Positions 40,123-53,649 of a stretch of DNA of 64,000 nucleotides are shown here, in pieces. A program made the position numbers and the translations under genes. The stretch spans positions 33,604,001-33,668,000 of the forward strand of contig NC_087246.1 of assembly GCF_037042905.1 (NCBI RefSeq), written 5' to 3'. The notes below the pieces were generated by a model. That model was not told the DNA's origin, searched no databases, and worked only from the letters and a program-made list of their open reading frames with translations. The DNA comes from Lytechinus pictus (lineage: Eukaryota). Numbering within the stretch: position 1 is the stretch's first letter; the number at the start of each line of letters is the position of its first letter.

Positions 40123-40771
40123 CAGAACTTGTCTGTTTCCGAGGGTTTTTATTTCACACGTGTTTGATATTTTCGCGAAGCATAGACTTAGCGGTCAGAA
40201 CCCAGAACCCAAGTTTGGTCGACCATTCTATGATATTAGATACGGGTAGGCCTAATTATGACTCATGTGACTGGGGACTCATGTGATTAATATACCGCAT
40301 CATTTCATATTTTCCCAATTGCCTGTCCCCACGCTTTCCATCGCTTCAGTTCAGTTTTCAAACTTTTCCTCATTGTAAACAAAAGACTTACAATATTCAT
40401 CATCCACATAAGTATTACGAAACAAACATCTAAAGCAGAGTAGCTGCAATCAAGAGCATCAAATGACATAGATTTAGAAATAAGAAGGATCAATAATTAT
40501 TCGAAAACGAGGATTTTCAAACTTTCATCGATTATTCATCCGATTTTCATAAACGTTTTGATTACCTCTCTCCATCAGGGGCCTGGGCCGATTTATGAAG
40601 AGGGGTGTAACTAGTTTGGGGGAAATAACATGCCAAAAGAAAAAAAAATAGATTTACACTCCAAAGTAGAAGGTATTTTGGTCAAATGTCTACATTTCAG
40701 TTGGTCAACCTGATTTCCAGGGGGTGCTGCCTATTATGGTGTATAACATACGCAACACCCCCAGACAAATC

Positions 40772-41170
40772 GGTTTACTTCCAATTCGTCTAATGCCAAT
40801 TCGTCCAATTGCCAACTCATCTACTACCATTTGGTCTATCATCCGTTCCTCTTCTCACCAAATGGTCTACTTTCATCTAGTCTTATGCTATTCCGTCTAA
40901 TAACCAGTTGGTCCAATAGCCATTTATTCCATATACCATTTGGTCTAATTACACTTAAGTGTTAATTGTGCAAAATGAATGAAAAGAAAATGGGTATTAG
41001 ACCAACTGGTTATTAGATGAAATGGTGATTAGACGAAGTGATGATTGGACCAAATGGTTATTGGACCAAATGGTTGTTAGACGAAATGTTGATGGACGGA
41101 ATGGCATTAGACTGAAGGTAGACCATGTGGTGAGTGGACGAGTTGGCAGTGGACGAATTGGCAATTTACC
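40772..41170. mobile_element. Foldback MITE built from ttggtc/gaccaa sub-repeats
   Basis: Left half has ttcgtc/ttggtc repeats and right half their complements; TIRs ggtttacttccaattcgtc / gacgaattggcaatttacc; imperfect flanking repeat caaatc. Confidence 0.75.
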
Positions 41171-41929
41171 TGCAAATCTTGGGATGTGCTATAGACCCCC
41201 AGCACCCTGGCTTCCCAGGGCCATGCTCTACATACTCCTTAAAAGTTTAAAAATATTTTGAGGGTGGGGTTGGAGACAACCAGCAGCGGAAATCAGAAAA
41301 TATGGAATAATAGAATACTCGTGATGTGCGTTGACGAGTAATTGGTATCTATTTTTAGTATGTTGAAAAAATAATTAGATGATACTTCGACAGTGTCACT
41401 GCCACGGAGCTTTCACTGCTGATTCATGATTTAAATCTCATGATTGTAATTCCATCAAAAAGATATGAAATTAAGTCTTTGTTAAAAGAAATCATGTAGA
41501 AATTATATTTTTGAATATTTATCGATATGTGCCCTTATAACTTAAAAATATATTCATTTTCATAGCTCATGAATAATTCTGAACCAAAGGTCCAGGTCTT
41601 TTACAATCTATTTCGACAGAAATCGATTACTGATTGATAAATTTCGTTTTCCTGAAGAATATATAAATTAGTGACTACTTGTTTGTTATTTTTCCTGAAA
41701 TTAGATGTAAGTCATGCTCTACGAAAATAAAGGTTAAAAAATCAACCACAAAGTTTATCAAAATATTTGATGCTAATGACCATAAAAATACCCTCACTTG
41801 TCATATGTATTCTCCCATTTACACGAATTATTTATCTTTTATTTCTTAATCATTCAATTGTGGCCGTTATTTAGGTATGAAAAATATGAATATGATCCTG
41901 TTTTAAAGATCCAAAATCATGTACCATTA

Positions 41930-42115
41930 CACTCTAAAAACACTGAGTAAAATTTTACCCAATATTGGGTAGGAAGGGAACATGCATGCTTTGCTGGGTA
42001 TCCCCCCCCCCCCATATTGGGCTATTTCAACGCAACATTGCGTAAAAAATCTTTTTACCCAACCAACATGCATGTTCCCATTTTACCCAATATTGGGTAA
42101 ACCTTTTTTAGGGTG
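41930..42115. mobile_element. CACT...-ended palindromic MITE (EnSpm/CMC-like)
   Basis: ta-cactctaaaaa ... tttttagggtg-ta; internal ttacccaatattgggta palindromes. Confidence 0.65.
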
Positions 42116-42940
42116 TAAGTCAATAAAAAACTCACTTCTTTACTCATGTCATTAATTGTATAATGTGTTATTCATTGCTGAAATGTGATAATATACGTTG
42201 GGAGAAATCCAATCCTTACCAATATTTTAGATGGGACATAAAAGTATATTCACCGGCACATTGGTAATTTCGATCAATACGTTTTTTTTTACTTAAAAGG
42301 TACAATGCCATTTCTTCAGTGAGCATTTGTATGATTTTAAATTCTTTTGTAGATGACCTGTCTTATAGTAATAATATTCTTTTAAACAATACTCTGGTTT
42401 TTGGTCGGTTACCGCAATTCGCAATATAAAACAATTCATACGACGTTTTAAACATGATCTTTGCACTTTTAATGCCTTTCAAGCCATTGATGGTATTGAA
42501 TGTTTTTGATAATTATTGAGGGTAGAAGGCAAATTGGTTAAACCCGAAATGTGACCCGTCTTTAATCCGGGAAACAAAATATCTTTCCAAAATTAGCAAG
42601 AGCAGTGCGGGAGCAGTGAAATCATAGAAGCTGCACAGTTCGACAGGATATTTACCTATAAGTCCACAGTATCAAATATTATTTTTATAATTTCCCCGAT
42701 GATCACGGTGAGGCATTGCCCGGGCCTAGATTTTGTTAAGCTGTTGACACCACATATTATCGATTGGAGTTTGTGAGGGTTCGTGGAAGGGTGTGGCTAT
42801 AGGGGGTCAATATGTAGCCCCCTTTTTTTTGCTGGCGGAACAGAACACTTCATCGCCCTTTTCCCCGTATGACTACAATGACTGGTTCCGTGCCTCCACA
42901 TACATACTCCATGGAAGCAAGGGTAATCAGAATTCTGTTA

Positions 42941-43139
42941 CACCATAAAAACGCTGTTTAAAATTTTAAGCACGTTGTTTAAGCCCGTCACTTTAACTGC
43001 TACTGTTTAAACTTTTCAAACAACTGTTTAATCTTTTTTTAACAAGTTGTTTGAAAAGTTTTGATAATTACAAAAAAGTTTAAACAACTTTTTGTTAGAG
43101 TGACATACTTAAACAACGTGCTATTTTTCTTTTACTGTG
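42941..43139. mobile_element. CAC...GTG palindromic MITE
   Basis: ta-caccataaaaa ... tttactgtg-ta; internal inverted gcacgttgtttaag / cttaaacaacgtgc. Confidence 0.55.
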
Positions 43140-44573
43140 TAGATATAAAATGACATATTCTATCAAAGTATCAATAAAGAGTATTTTCAATTTAAAAAAA
43201 ATGTTATGAAAAAGTACAATGAAAGATCTCGAAAGATGATGGTTTAATTAAGCATAATAAAAATGCACACAAGGCTGTTCATCCCTGGCAAAGTTTCCTG
43301 TACAAGTTTCAATGTCCCCATGACCTTTGGAGTCATATCCTGCTTCTCATGACAAAATTTCGCCTCTAGTTCACATGGATTCATTCCTTTAAAGAGCATT
43401 TTATTGTACATGTATATACCAATAACAAATAACTATATATAGAAGCACCATCTTTAAAATAAATCAATATGAATTGTAGCCATCATTTGTTAATAATGCC
43501 TTTCTAAATCTTGGAATACTGTCAACAAGGTGTGGGGGAAGCCATCCAGAGGACAGTTAGAAATTCTATCTCTGATTTCCCAATGGTGTATCCATAGGGC
43601 AAACTGAATTGGAAATATGTGGCAGAACGAACAATTTATGCGATTCGTGAGACATTATACATCATCTATAAGTCATCAGTGATTTTCAGTGCTGCATGAA
43701 TTCCGTTTCCTTGTCTAATACACACAAAAAGAGTCGTCACACATGACATCACTGGCAAAACCCAAAGTTTTTCCACAAGACCAATAAAAAAAAAACAATG
43801 AAAATTTTTCCTTCTGATCAAAACCATGTCTAAAGGTGATCCGATTCGTAATTTGTTCAATAAAATAGAGAAAAATATCCGAATGATGCTGATTTATATG
43901 TTTTGCTGTGGGAGGAAAGAGTTCCTAAAATCAAACGGGCCTTAAATCATTGTTTTTGTTCCATCAATCAAGTTATCTTTTTATTTTATTTTTCGTAAGG
44001 AAAAACGTCAGGACAAAACTAGCGTAGACCTAAGCTTATTTTGTTACCCTTTACAAACGATGATTTAATGTTGAAATTGTGGAATGGCAGCGAGAATGAC
44101 ATAAAGAGTCACCGGAGACTTGTGTTCAGGAAGCACAGGGTGTTATCACCATCGATTTGTCGAGTATTCTTCATGGACTATATGATATGTGAGCAGACGA
44201 CAGAAATGTGGTGTCATAGAAGAGAGACGCCGACAGCTTAGTAAAAAAAAAGTCGTATGCTCAGCAAAATGGCGCGAACTATTTTTTAATTCAATTAGAA
44301 CTTGCAAAGTTTGACATCAGTCATAGCGTTGCAATAGGCACTTGGTATGGAACGCTACCGGGTCGTTTCTGAAAATGGTTCAGGTGTCCATGGCGGAAGT
44401 AATTGCGCTTAAACGCTGAAAAATACATAGCCAAATCTTAAACGCGCTCATCTAATTGATTGGACATCAAGTTGCGTTTGATTAATAGCGCATGCCCCCA
44501 TCAAAGTACTCGTAATGCCTATGCACTTGGTTGTTCACAGAACAATGGCAGAACGGATGAGAGTATGTCTTAA

Positions 44574-45501
44574 AGGGATACTCCGGGCTGAAAATATTAA
44601 TATCTCAATTTTAATAAATACAGTAGAATTCACAGAGCAAAGTGCTGAAAATTTTATCAAATCGAATAACAAATAACGAAGTCATTGAATTTTAAAGTTC
44701 AGCACTATTTTTTTTAAGTAGTTATATGCACGTCATCATGAATATTCATTAGGTGGGCTGATGATGTCACATCCCACTTTCCCTTTTCTTATGTTATTAC
44801 ATGAAATCATAACTGTTTCATTTGTTCATACATGTGTGAACAATATCTCCTCTATAATGAAATAAGTTGCAGCAATTGATATCAAATACACTAATTAGTT
44901 GTCAATCCAATTTTTTCAGTTCTTGGTCTATCAAATACACCACCAGCTTGTGAATCTCCAGCTTCCACACTTCATAACCCAGGCTCCATACATAAGTAAA
45001 GCAGTTACTGCCCCATCAGTTGCTGTCTTCCGGGGGCTGCTCTTCCTGTCATCAGAGGGCTACAGCCTCCTGTAGGTTCCAGGATGCTGTAAGCACTAGG
45101 AGCATGATTTTTACTTGCACTTCACTAATTTTATTGTAAATGAATTCCAACAAAATTGTCTGCACCACCACCTTCTGTCACAGCACATCCCATCCCAATT
45201 TAGCTTGGAAGAGCTGCTTAAGGGATTATTCCTTCAAGGTTCAAGGTTGGTAGCAAAAATTTGAATAAACCTAATTTCATATAATAAAATACAAAAGAAC
45301 AAGTGGGGACATGACATCATCAATTTGTTCATTGAATATTCATGAGACATGCCTAGAACTGTTTCACCGGAATAATGCAAACCTTTAAAATGCCACAACT
45401 TTGTTATTCGTTGTCCGATTTTGATCAAAATTTCAGTGTTCTGTTTGTCTGATTTTACTTTATCTATTTAAATCATATTATTTTCAGCCCGGAGCATCTC
45501 T
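44574..45501. mobile_element. TTAA-flanked non-autonomous DNA transposon, same family
   Basis: TIRs agggatactccgggctgaaaa / ttttcagcccggagcatctct; TTAA on both sides. Confidence 0.8.
44928..45247 (+). mobile_element. CR1-like LINE 3' fragment nested in the TTAA element
   Basis: Absent from the sister copy at 25628; reads KAVTAPSVAVFRGLL; ends in (ttcaagg)x2. Confidence 0.55.
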
Positions 45502-47471
45502 TTAATAATGTGATGAAAACCAGACCAGGGCCCCGTAACACAAAAATTAGCGATCAATCGCTAAATGGTGATGGTCAATCCAGATCAATGTTACATTTGC
45601 GGATTGTTTAAAACACTGCCCAGAAACCGATCAGAATGGTTCTTTCATGCTTGGATCCAATCGCAAACTATGAAATTAGAAATAAATTATAAATGAATGA
45701 TATTAGCGATTTTAGCAAGAAAATCCCGAGGACTGTCTTCGATTCTATTGTTCTTGAGAAGTTGGTAAATCATCATCATGATATAAATGACGTTTTTCTA
45801 AGTAATCAGCCAATTCTTAAGCTCGTAATTTTTAAATGGGAGAAGGGAAGGTTATTTGGAATAACAGGTTATCAATTAAAAAAAATGGCCATACCCCCCA
45901 CCCCTCCCCGACAAACAAAATAAGAAACAAATGTTATTACAAACCAGAAATTGTCACTAATTTCCTTCTAAATAGTCAGGAATGTATATTTACATTTGTC
46001 GGTGTGGTACACTACCTGTTATACTGGTATCTGGTGTATATGGTATTATTAGAAAAAAGCCGGATATCATTCTCACTATAAATGTATTTACATGTTGATA
46101 TATTTGTTTGTACAACATGAAAAGTATGTTGATTATCACAACATTCATTATTGTAGAGTAATTTCTCAGCAACAGATACCACATCCTTCTCCCCCTCCAA
46201 TCGCCCGTCTGTTTTTTTTTTGCATGGTCCAAGCCCCCCCCCCCCTCCACCCTCCGTTATTCGTTTTCGGGGGGGGGGTGCAGAACCGCACATGGTACCA
46301 TTTCATGAAAAAAAGAATTTCTAACAAATTTTGATATAAATACAACTATTTGTTTTAAAATGTATGGCTGTCAACATCAAAACACGTATACAAGAATGAA
46401 AATCGTTCAATTGATAAAAAGACAAACACTGACAAAAAGAATAACTTTCCAAAAAGGATGTCGGTCTAGGCCCAATAGCACATGAGATTTGTCACTCGTA
46501 AACAGTGTCGAAAGAGAAGTCATACACATTATTATCCTTCGCCTTTTCCCAAAATAGCATTTTGGTGCAATTTTCCCTAACTTCTCCAATAAATTTCCCT
46601 CCTAAGTACTTGGCTTCCCGCCATGTTACTCACTCTTTGCGGTCTCCATTTTTACAATCGAGTTTGTGTTCTGTCTCCCATATTAATTTTTTTATTGCTT
46701 AGAGTTTAAACGTTCCCGACCCTTATACTGTACATAATTTCAAAAATTACCTCAACATCTATAATTCCACTCAGACTCGAGTTATAATATCCTGATTTCC
46801 TGCGATAAAACCAATTTTTTTAAGTATCAAAGCAAGTATTTTGTTATATTTTTTTTAACAAGGGAAGAGTTTCTTTTAACTGGGAGAATTTAAAGAATCG
46901 TATCATGCACTAACAGTAAATGAACCTCACGCACGATCACTCATTGATGTGCATTTTCCACAGAAATAGGTGTAACCAAATTACCTGCTGGTTTAACACA
47001 GAACACATGACAGAATATAAATATTATATTTCTTTGGAAATGTGACCATGTTTTTAGTAATATACAGGGCGTTACAAATTTAGAAAAGTTGTAAAAATAT
47101 CTCTTTTAAATGTTTTTTTAATGAGGTAGACGCACTTAAAGCAAGGTTTCCACTTTGGCGAGTTGGAGTTGCGAGTCATACGCGAGCTGCGCGAGCTCTA
47201 ACTCGCCTTAGCTCGCACAAGCTCGCGTGAAATTTACATTTTTCCGTGGAATTTGCTTGAGAGACAAACGACTCAACATCGAGTTCACTACGCTCGTTGT
47301 ACGAGTGAACCGAGCGCGAAACGAGTCAGGCCGAGCTTAGTATGAGTTGCGGTGACCTTTATACGACTTAAAACGAGCTATGAACGAGTTATAAAGATTT
47401 TGTTACGAGTGATAAGAGTTTCATACGACCAAGGGGCGGGAAATGCAGATTTTTGGCACTCAAAGATGGAT

Positions 47472-48923
47472 GCCGGCGGAAGCGGCGTCAACACCAAATC
47501 TTAACCGAAGGTTAAGTTTTTGAAATGGCATCATAACTTAGAAAGTATATGGACCTAGTTCATGAAACTTGACCATAAGGTTTATCAAGCATTACAAAAA
47601 ATCGTTCACGAGTTTCAGGTCACAAGACCAAGGTCAGAGATCATTTATGGTCAATGAACGTAGACCAAGTTTAGGGAATCAACATCAAAATCTTAACCTA
47701 CGGTTAAGTTTTTGAAATGTCATCATAACTTAGAAAATATATGAACCTAGTTCATGAAACGTGGACATAAGGTTATTAAAGTATATAAACATCCTGCTTG
47801 AGTTTCAAGTCACATGACTAAGGTCAAAGGTCAATTAGGGTCAATGGACTTTGGCCAATTGGGGTATTTGTTAAATTAACATTATAACTTTGAAAGTTTA
47901 TGAATCTGATTCATGAAACTTGAACATAAGAGTAATCAGGTATCACTAAACATCCTTTGCGGATATCAGGTCACATGTCCAAGGTCAAAGGTCAATGAAC
48001 TTAAGTGATGTTCGGGTGATCTGTTGAATTACCATCATAACTTTAAAAGTTTATAGATCTGATTCATGAATCTTGGATATAAGAGTAATCAAGTATTCCT
48101 GAACATCCTGTGCGAGTTTCAGGTCACATGACGAAGGTCAAAGGTCATTTAAGGTCAATAAACTTTGGCCATGTTGGGGGTATTTGTTGAATTACCATCA
48201 TAACTTTGAAAGCTTATGTATATGATTCATCAACTTGGATATTAGAGTAGTCAAGTATCACCGAACATTTCATGCCAGTTTCAGGTCACATGACCAAAGT
48301 CAAAGGTCATTTAAGGTTATTGAACTTTGGTCATTTTGGAGATTAATACTATATTGCTGTCATAACTTTCAAAGTTTATAGATATGATTCATGAATCTTG
48401 GATATAAGAGTAATCAAGTATTCCTGAACATCCTGTGCGAGTTTCAGGTCACATGACGAAGGTCAAAGGTCATTTAAGGTCAATAAACTTTGGCCATGTT
48501 GGGGGTATTTGTTGAATTACCATCATAACTTTGAAAGCTTATATGATTCATCAACTTGGATATTAGAGTAGTCAAGTATCACCGAACATTTCATGCCAGT
48601 TTCAGGTCACATGACCAAAATCAAAGGTCATTTAAGGTTATTGAACTTTGGTCATTTTGGAGATTAATACTATATTGCTGTCATAACTTTCAAAGTTTAG
48701 ATACAGTTTATAAAATGTGGATATAGGGGTAATCTAGTATCACTGACAAGTCTTAGGTCACATGATAAAGGTCAAATGTCATTTATTGTCAATGAACGCA
48801 GTATTGTATCAATGTATGAATGGTGTTTTTGTGAATAATTATTTTATAATAGTTTTCAGAGTCAGCACTACTTCTATATTGGGTAGCGTGATGCAGGTGA
48901 GACTGCCAGAGGCGCTCCACTTG
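47472..48923 (+). repeat. HINE/Helentron-like element with ~160-bp tandem units, inside copy A
   Basis: Starts with ggc repeats; repeated cataactt...aggtcaaaggtca units; ends gcaggtgagactgccagaggcgctccacttg. Confidence 0.7.
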
Positions 48924-49208
48924 GACCTTAATTGTCTATAGTTTGGTGTCTTGTTCTTTTACCTTGGCTCTGCTCGTCATTGACCTCCTATTCCGTTTCA
49001 ATTGTCTCTTCCTGCACTTCTTCTACCCTTGTTTGAATGTCATCTTCTTTCGCTGTTTCCTATCTGAATGGCCACAACTCTTGGATCTTTTGGATCGAGG
49101 CATATTCTCTCCTTATTTGTTGAAAGTTGTTATAATGCAGTGGAAACAGCCTTTTTAAAAGTACGTGTACATTGCGTGGGTCAGTTAAAATGTGCTCTCA
49201 CTTTAAAA

Positions 49209-50317
49209 TAAACTCCTCAAAAAAAGTTTGGAAATCCGACTTTAATCAAAACTCCCTCCTCAGTTTTAGTAAATATCAATTGTTATTAATATCAATGAAT
49301 ATATCATTTAAGTGTCTTTAAAATGATACCCTACATGATATGATTATGGTTCACATGGAGGTGCAGTGCCTTGAAATGTAGGGCAAGGTCAAAATTCAAA
49401 CTTAAGTTGCAAAGAGACACAATATTGAAAGTCACTGTTCCTTTTTCCGTGGTGATGAGTGATAATTTTAAGCGGTTTCTTTTGAGTTAGATCGGTAATC
49501 CCGCCTCGGTTTTAGTAAATATCAATGTTGAATTAATATCAATGAATAGATCATTTAATTTTCTTTAAAGAGATACTTTCCATGATATGATTTTTGCTCA
49601 CATGGAGGTGCAGTGCCTTGAAATGCGGGGCACGTTCAAAATTCAAAATTTGCAAAATGACACAATATTGAAAGTCACTGTTCTTTTCTTTCATGATGAT
49701 GAGTGAGATTATCAGCAATTGTTTTCATGCACCTTAACATCAACATTCAAATGGAATCAAACACACCTCTGCACAAGCAAACACACAACAAACAAACATA
49801 AACCACAACAAAACATTATGAAATGAAAAAGCAGGGGTTTGATTTGAATGGATTTTCATCTTTATTGACACAGACAAAAAAATCATGTTCTGTATTGACC
49901 CTTCATGATTACTCCTGCTCGTTTTGCAGCTTTTACTTCAGACCTCATCCAACACTTATTAATTTCGCTCTTTTTTGATGGCATGATCATAACAAGCATG
50001 GGATCATTTTAAAGAGAATCAAATGATCTTTTGAAAGATATCAAATATGCATTGTGTAAAATTTGGAGTCGGGATAAATTAATGGCCAAACTTAGATTTC
50101 CAAACTTTTTTGCTCGTTTTGCATCTTTTCAATTCAGACTTTATCCAACACTTTTGAATCCTGCTCTTTTCGTGATGGCATGATCATAACAAGCATGGTA
50201 CCATTGTAAAGAAAATTGAATGACCTTTTAAATGATGTCAAATATGCAATGTGTAAATTTTGGAGTTGGGAGAAATTAATGGCCAAATTCAGATTTCCAA
50301 ACTTTTTGAGGGGTTTA
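49209..50317. mobile_element. TA-flanked (Tc1/mariner-like) non-autonomous element inside copy A
   Basis: TIRs taaactcctcaaaaaaagtttggaaatc / gatttccaaactttttgaggggttta; duplicated 200-250-bp subterminal units. Confidence 0.7.
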
Positions 50318-51151
50318 TATGTGGGGAAAATATAGATCACTGGACATTTATCATTCAGCTGGCATGCCTCTGAGCTATTGCAACGCACTCGGAATAAACT
50401 CATACGAAACTCGCTGTAACTCGGGGTGCTCGATCTAAAGTCGCGCTAATCTCGTGGGCACCTCGTAAAACGATCGCAATGCTCGTATATCGCTCTTGAA
50501 AACTCGGAACGCACTCGCGTATACTCAGATGTGGCGAGTTATTACGAGTTATTGTGAGTTTATTTCGAGCTTCTTACGAGTTATTGCGAGTACTGCGAGT
50601 ATATAACGAGTTTAGGTGAGTTCAGCACGAGTTACAGCGAGTTAGCAAAATTTTTGAACATGTTCAAAAATTTTGAAACAGCTCACGACTTCAAGGAGAG
50701 TTGTCCCGAGCTTGAACGAGCTCCGCCGAGCCATGCCGAGTTGTCGCGAGTTATCCCGAGTTTCATGGTGAGCTTTATGCGAGTTATCGCGAGTACCTCA
50801 TTTTGGCAACTCGCTATAAAGCAAGGTTTCCACTTTGGCGAGTTGGAGTTGCGAGTCATACGCGAGCTGCGCGAGCTCTAACTCGCCTTAGCTCGCACAA
50901 GCTCGCGTGAAATTTACATTTTTTCCTGGAATTTGCTTGAGTGACAAACGACTCAACATCGAGTTCACTACGCTCGCTGTACGAGTGAACCGAGCGCGAA
51001 ACGAGTCAGGCCGAGCTTAGTATGAGTTGCGGTGACCTTTATACGACTTAAAGCGAGCTCTGAACGAGTTATAAAGATTTTGTTACGAGTGATAAGAGTT
51101 TCATACGACCAAGGGGCGGGATATGCACATTTTTGGCACTCAAAGATGGAT

Positions 51152-52270
51152 GCCGGCGGCGGCGGCGTCAACACCAAATCTTAACCGAAGGTTAAGTTTT
51201 TGAAATGGCATCATAACTTAGAAAGTATATGGACCTAGTTCATGAAACTTGACCATAAGGTTTATCAAGCATTACTAAACATCCTTCTCGAGTTTCAGGT
51301 CACAAGACCAAGGTCAGAGGTCATTTATGGTCAATGAACTTAGACCATGTTTAGGGAATCAACATCAAAATCTTAACCTACGGTTAAGTTTTTGAAATGT
51401 CATCATATGAACCTAGTTCATGAAACGTGGACATAAGGTTATTAAAGTATATAAACATCCTGCTTGAGTTTCTAGTCACATGACTAAGGTCAAAGGTCAA
51501 TTAGGGTCAATGGACTTTGGCCAATTGGGGGTATTTGTTAAATTAATTAACATTATAACTTTGAAAGTTTATGAATCTGATTCATGAAACTTGAACATAA
51601 GAGTAATCAGGAATCACTAAATATCCTGTGCGGATATCAGGTCACATGTCCAAGGTCAAAGGTCAATGACCTTTAGTGATGTTCGGGTGATCTGCTGAAT
51701 TACCATCATAACTTGGAAAGTTTATAGATCTGATTCATGAATCTTGGATATAAGAGTAATCAAGTATTCCTGAACATCCTGTGCAAGTTTCAGGTCACAT
51801 GACGAAGGTCAAAGGTCATTTAAGGTCAATGAACTTTGGCCATGTTGGGGGTATTTGTTGAATTGCCATTACTTTGAAAACTTATGGATATGATTCATCA
51901 ACTTGGATATTAGAGTAGTCAAGTATCACCGAACATCTCATACCAGTTTCAGGTCACATGACTAGAGTCAAAGGTCATTTAAGGTTATTGAACTTTGGCC
52001 ATTTTGGAGATTAATACTATATTGCTGACATAACTTTCAAAGTTTAGATACAGTTTATAAAATGTCGATATAGGGGTAATCAAGTATCACTGACAAGTCT
52101 TAGGTCACATGATCAAGGTCAAATGTCATTTATTGTCAATGAACGTAGTATTGTATCATTGTATGAATGGTGTTTTTGTGAATAATTATTTTATAGTAGT
52201 TTTCAAAGTCAGCACTGCTACTATATTGGATAGTGTGATGCAGGTGAGACTGCAGGAGGCGCTCCACTTG
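51152..52270 (+). repeat. Same tandem-unit element inside copy B (about two units shorter)
   Basis: Colinear with 47472-48923 but lacking the ~325-bp internal duplication. Confidence 0.7.
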
Positions 52271-52539
52271 GACCTTGTCTAGTTTGATGTCTTGTTCTTT
52301 TACCTTGGCTCTGCTCGTCATTGACTTCCTCTTCAGTTTCAATTGTCTCTTCCTGCACTTCTTCTACCCTTGTTGAGTGTCATCTTCTTTCGCTGTTTCC
52401 CTACCTGAATGGCCACAACTTGGATCGAGGCATATTTCTCTCCTTATTTGTTGAAAGTTGTAATAATGCAGTGGCAACAGCCTTTTTAAAAGTACGTGTA
52501 CATTGCGTGGGTCAGTTAAAATGTGCTCTCACTTTAAAA

Positions 52540-53649
52540 TAAACTCCTAAAAAAAGTTTGGAAATCCGACTTTAATCAAAACTCCCTCCTCGGTTTAGTA
52601 AATATTAATTGTTATTAATATCAATGAATATATAATTTAATTTTCTTTAAAATGATACCCTACCTGATATGATTATGGTTCACATGGAAGTGCAGTGCCT
52701 TGAAATGTGGGGCAAGGTCAAAATTCAAAATTAAGTTGCAAAGTGACACAATATTGAAAGTCACAGTTCCCTTTTCCGTAGTGATGAGTGAATTTTTTAA
52801 GCGGTTTCTTTTGAGTTTGATCGGTAATCCCGCCTCGGTTTTAGTAAATACCAATTTTGAATTAATATCAATGAATAGATCATTTAATTTTCCTTAAAAT
52901 GATACTTTTCATGATATGATTTTGGCTCACATGGAGGTGCAGTGCCTTGAAATGTGGGGCAAGGTCAAAATTCAAAATTTGCAAAATGACACAATATTGA
53001 AAGTCACTGTTCTTTTCTTCCATGATGATGAGTGAGATTCTCAGCAATTGTTTTCATGCGCCTTAACATCAACATTCAAATGGAATCAAACACACCTCTG
53101 CACAGACAAAAACACAACAAACAAACATAAACCACAACAAAACATTATGAAATGAAAAAGCAGGGGTGTGATTTGAATGGATTTTCATCTTTATTGACGC
53201 AGACAAAAGAATCATGTTCTGTATTGACCCTTCATGATTATTTCTGCTCGTTTTGCAGCTTTTTACTTCAGACCTCATCCAACACTTTTCAATTTTGCTC
53301 TTTTTTTATGTCATGATCATAACAAGCATGGGACCATTTTAAAGAGAATCAAATTATCTTTTGAAAGATATCAAATATGCATTGTGTAAAATTTGGTGTC
53401 GGGAGAAATTAATGGCCAAACTCAGATGTCCAAACTTTTTTGCTCGTTTTGCAGCTTTTCAATTCAGACTTCATCCAACACTTTTGAATCCTGCTCTTTT
53501 TGTGATGGCATGATCATAACAAGCATGGTATCATTGTAAAGAGAATTGAATTACCTTTTAAATGATGTCAAATATGCAATGTGAAAATTTTGGAGTTGGG
53601 AGAAATTAATGGCCAAACTCAGATTTCCAAACTTTTTTTGAGGGGTTTA
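52540..53649. mobile_element. Same Tc1/mariner-like element inside copy B
   Basis: Colinear with 49209-50317. Confidence 0.7.

Noticed and set aside
44172-44393. catggac...gtccatg as a longer member of the footprint family
   Set aside because: Only 7 bp of inverted match and no 7-bp TSD
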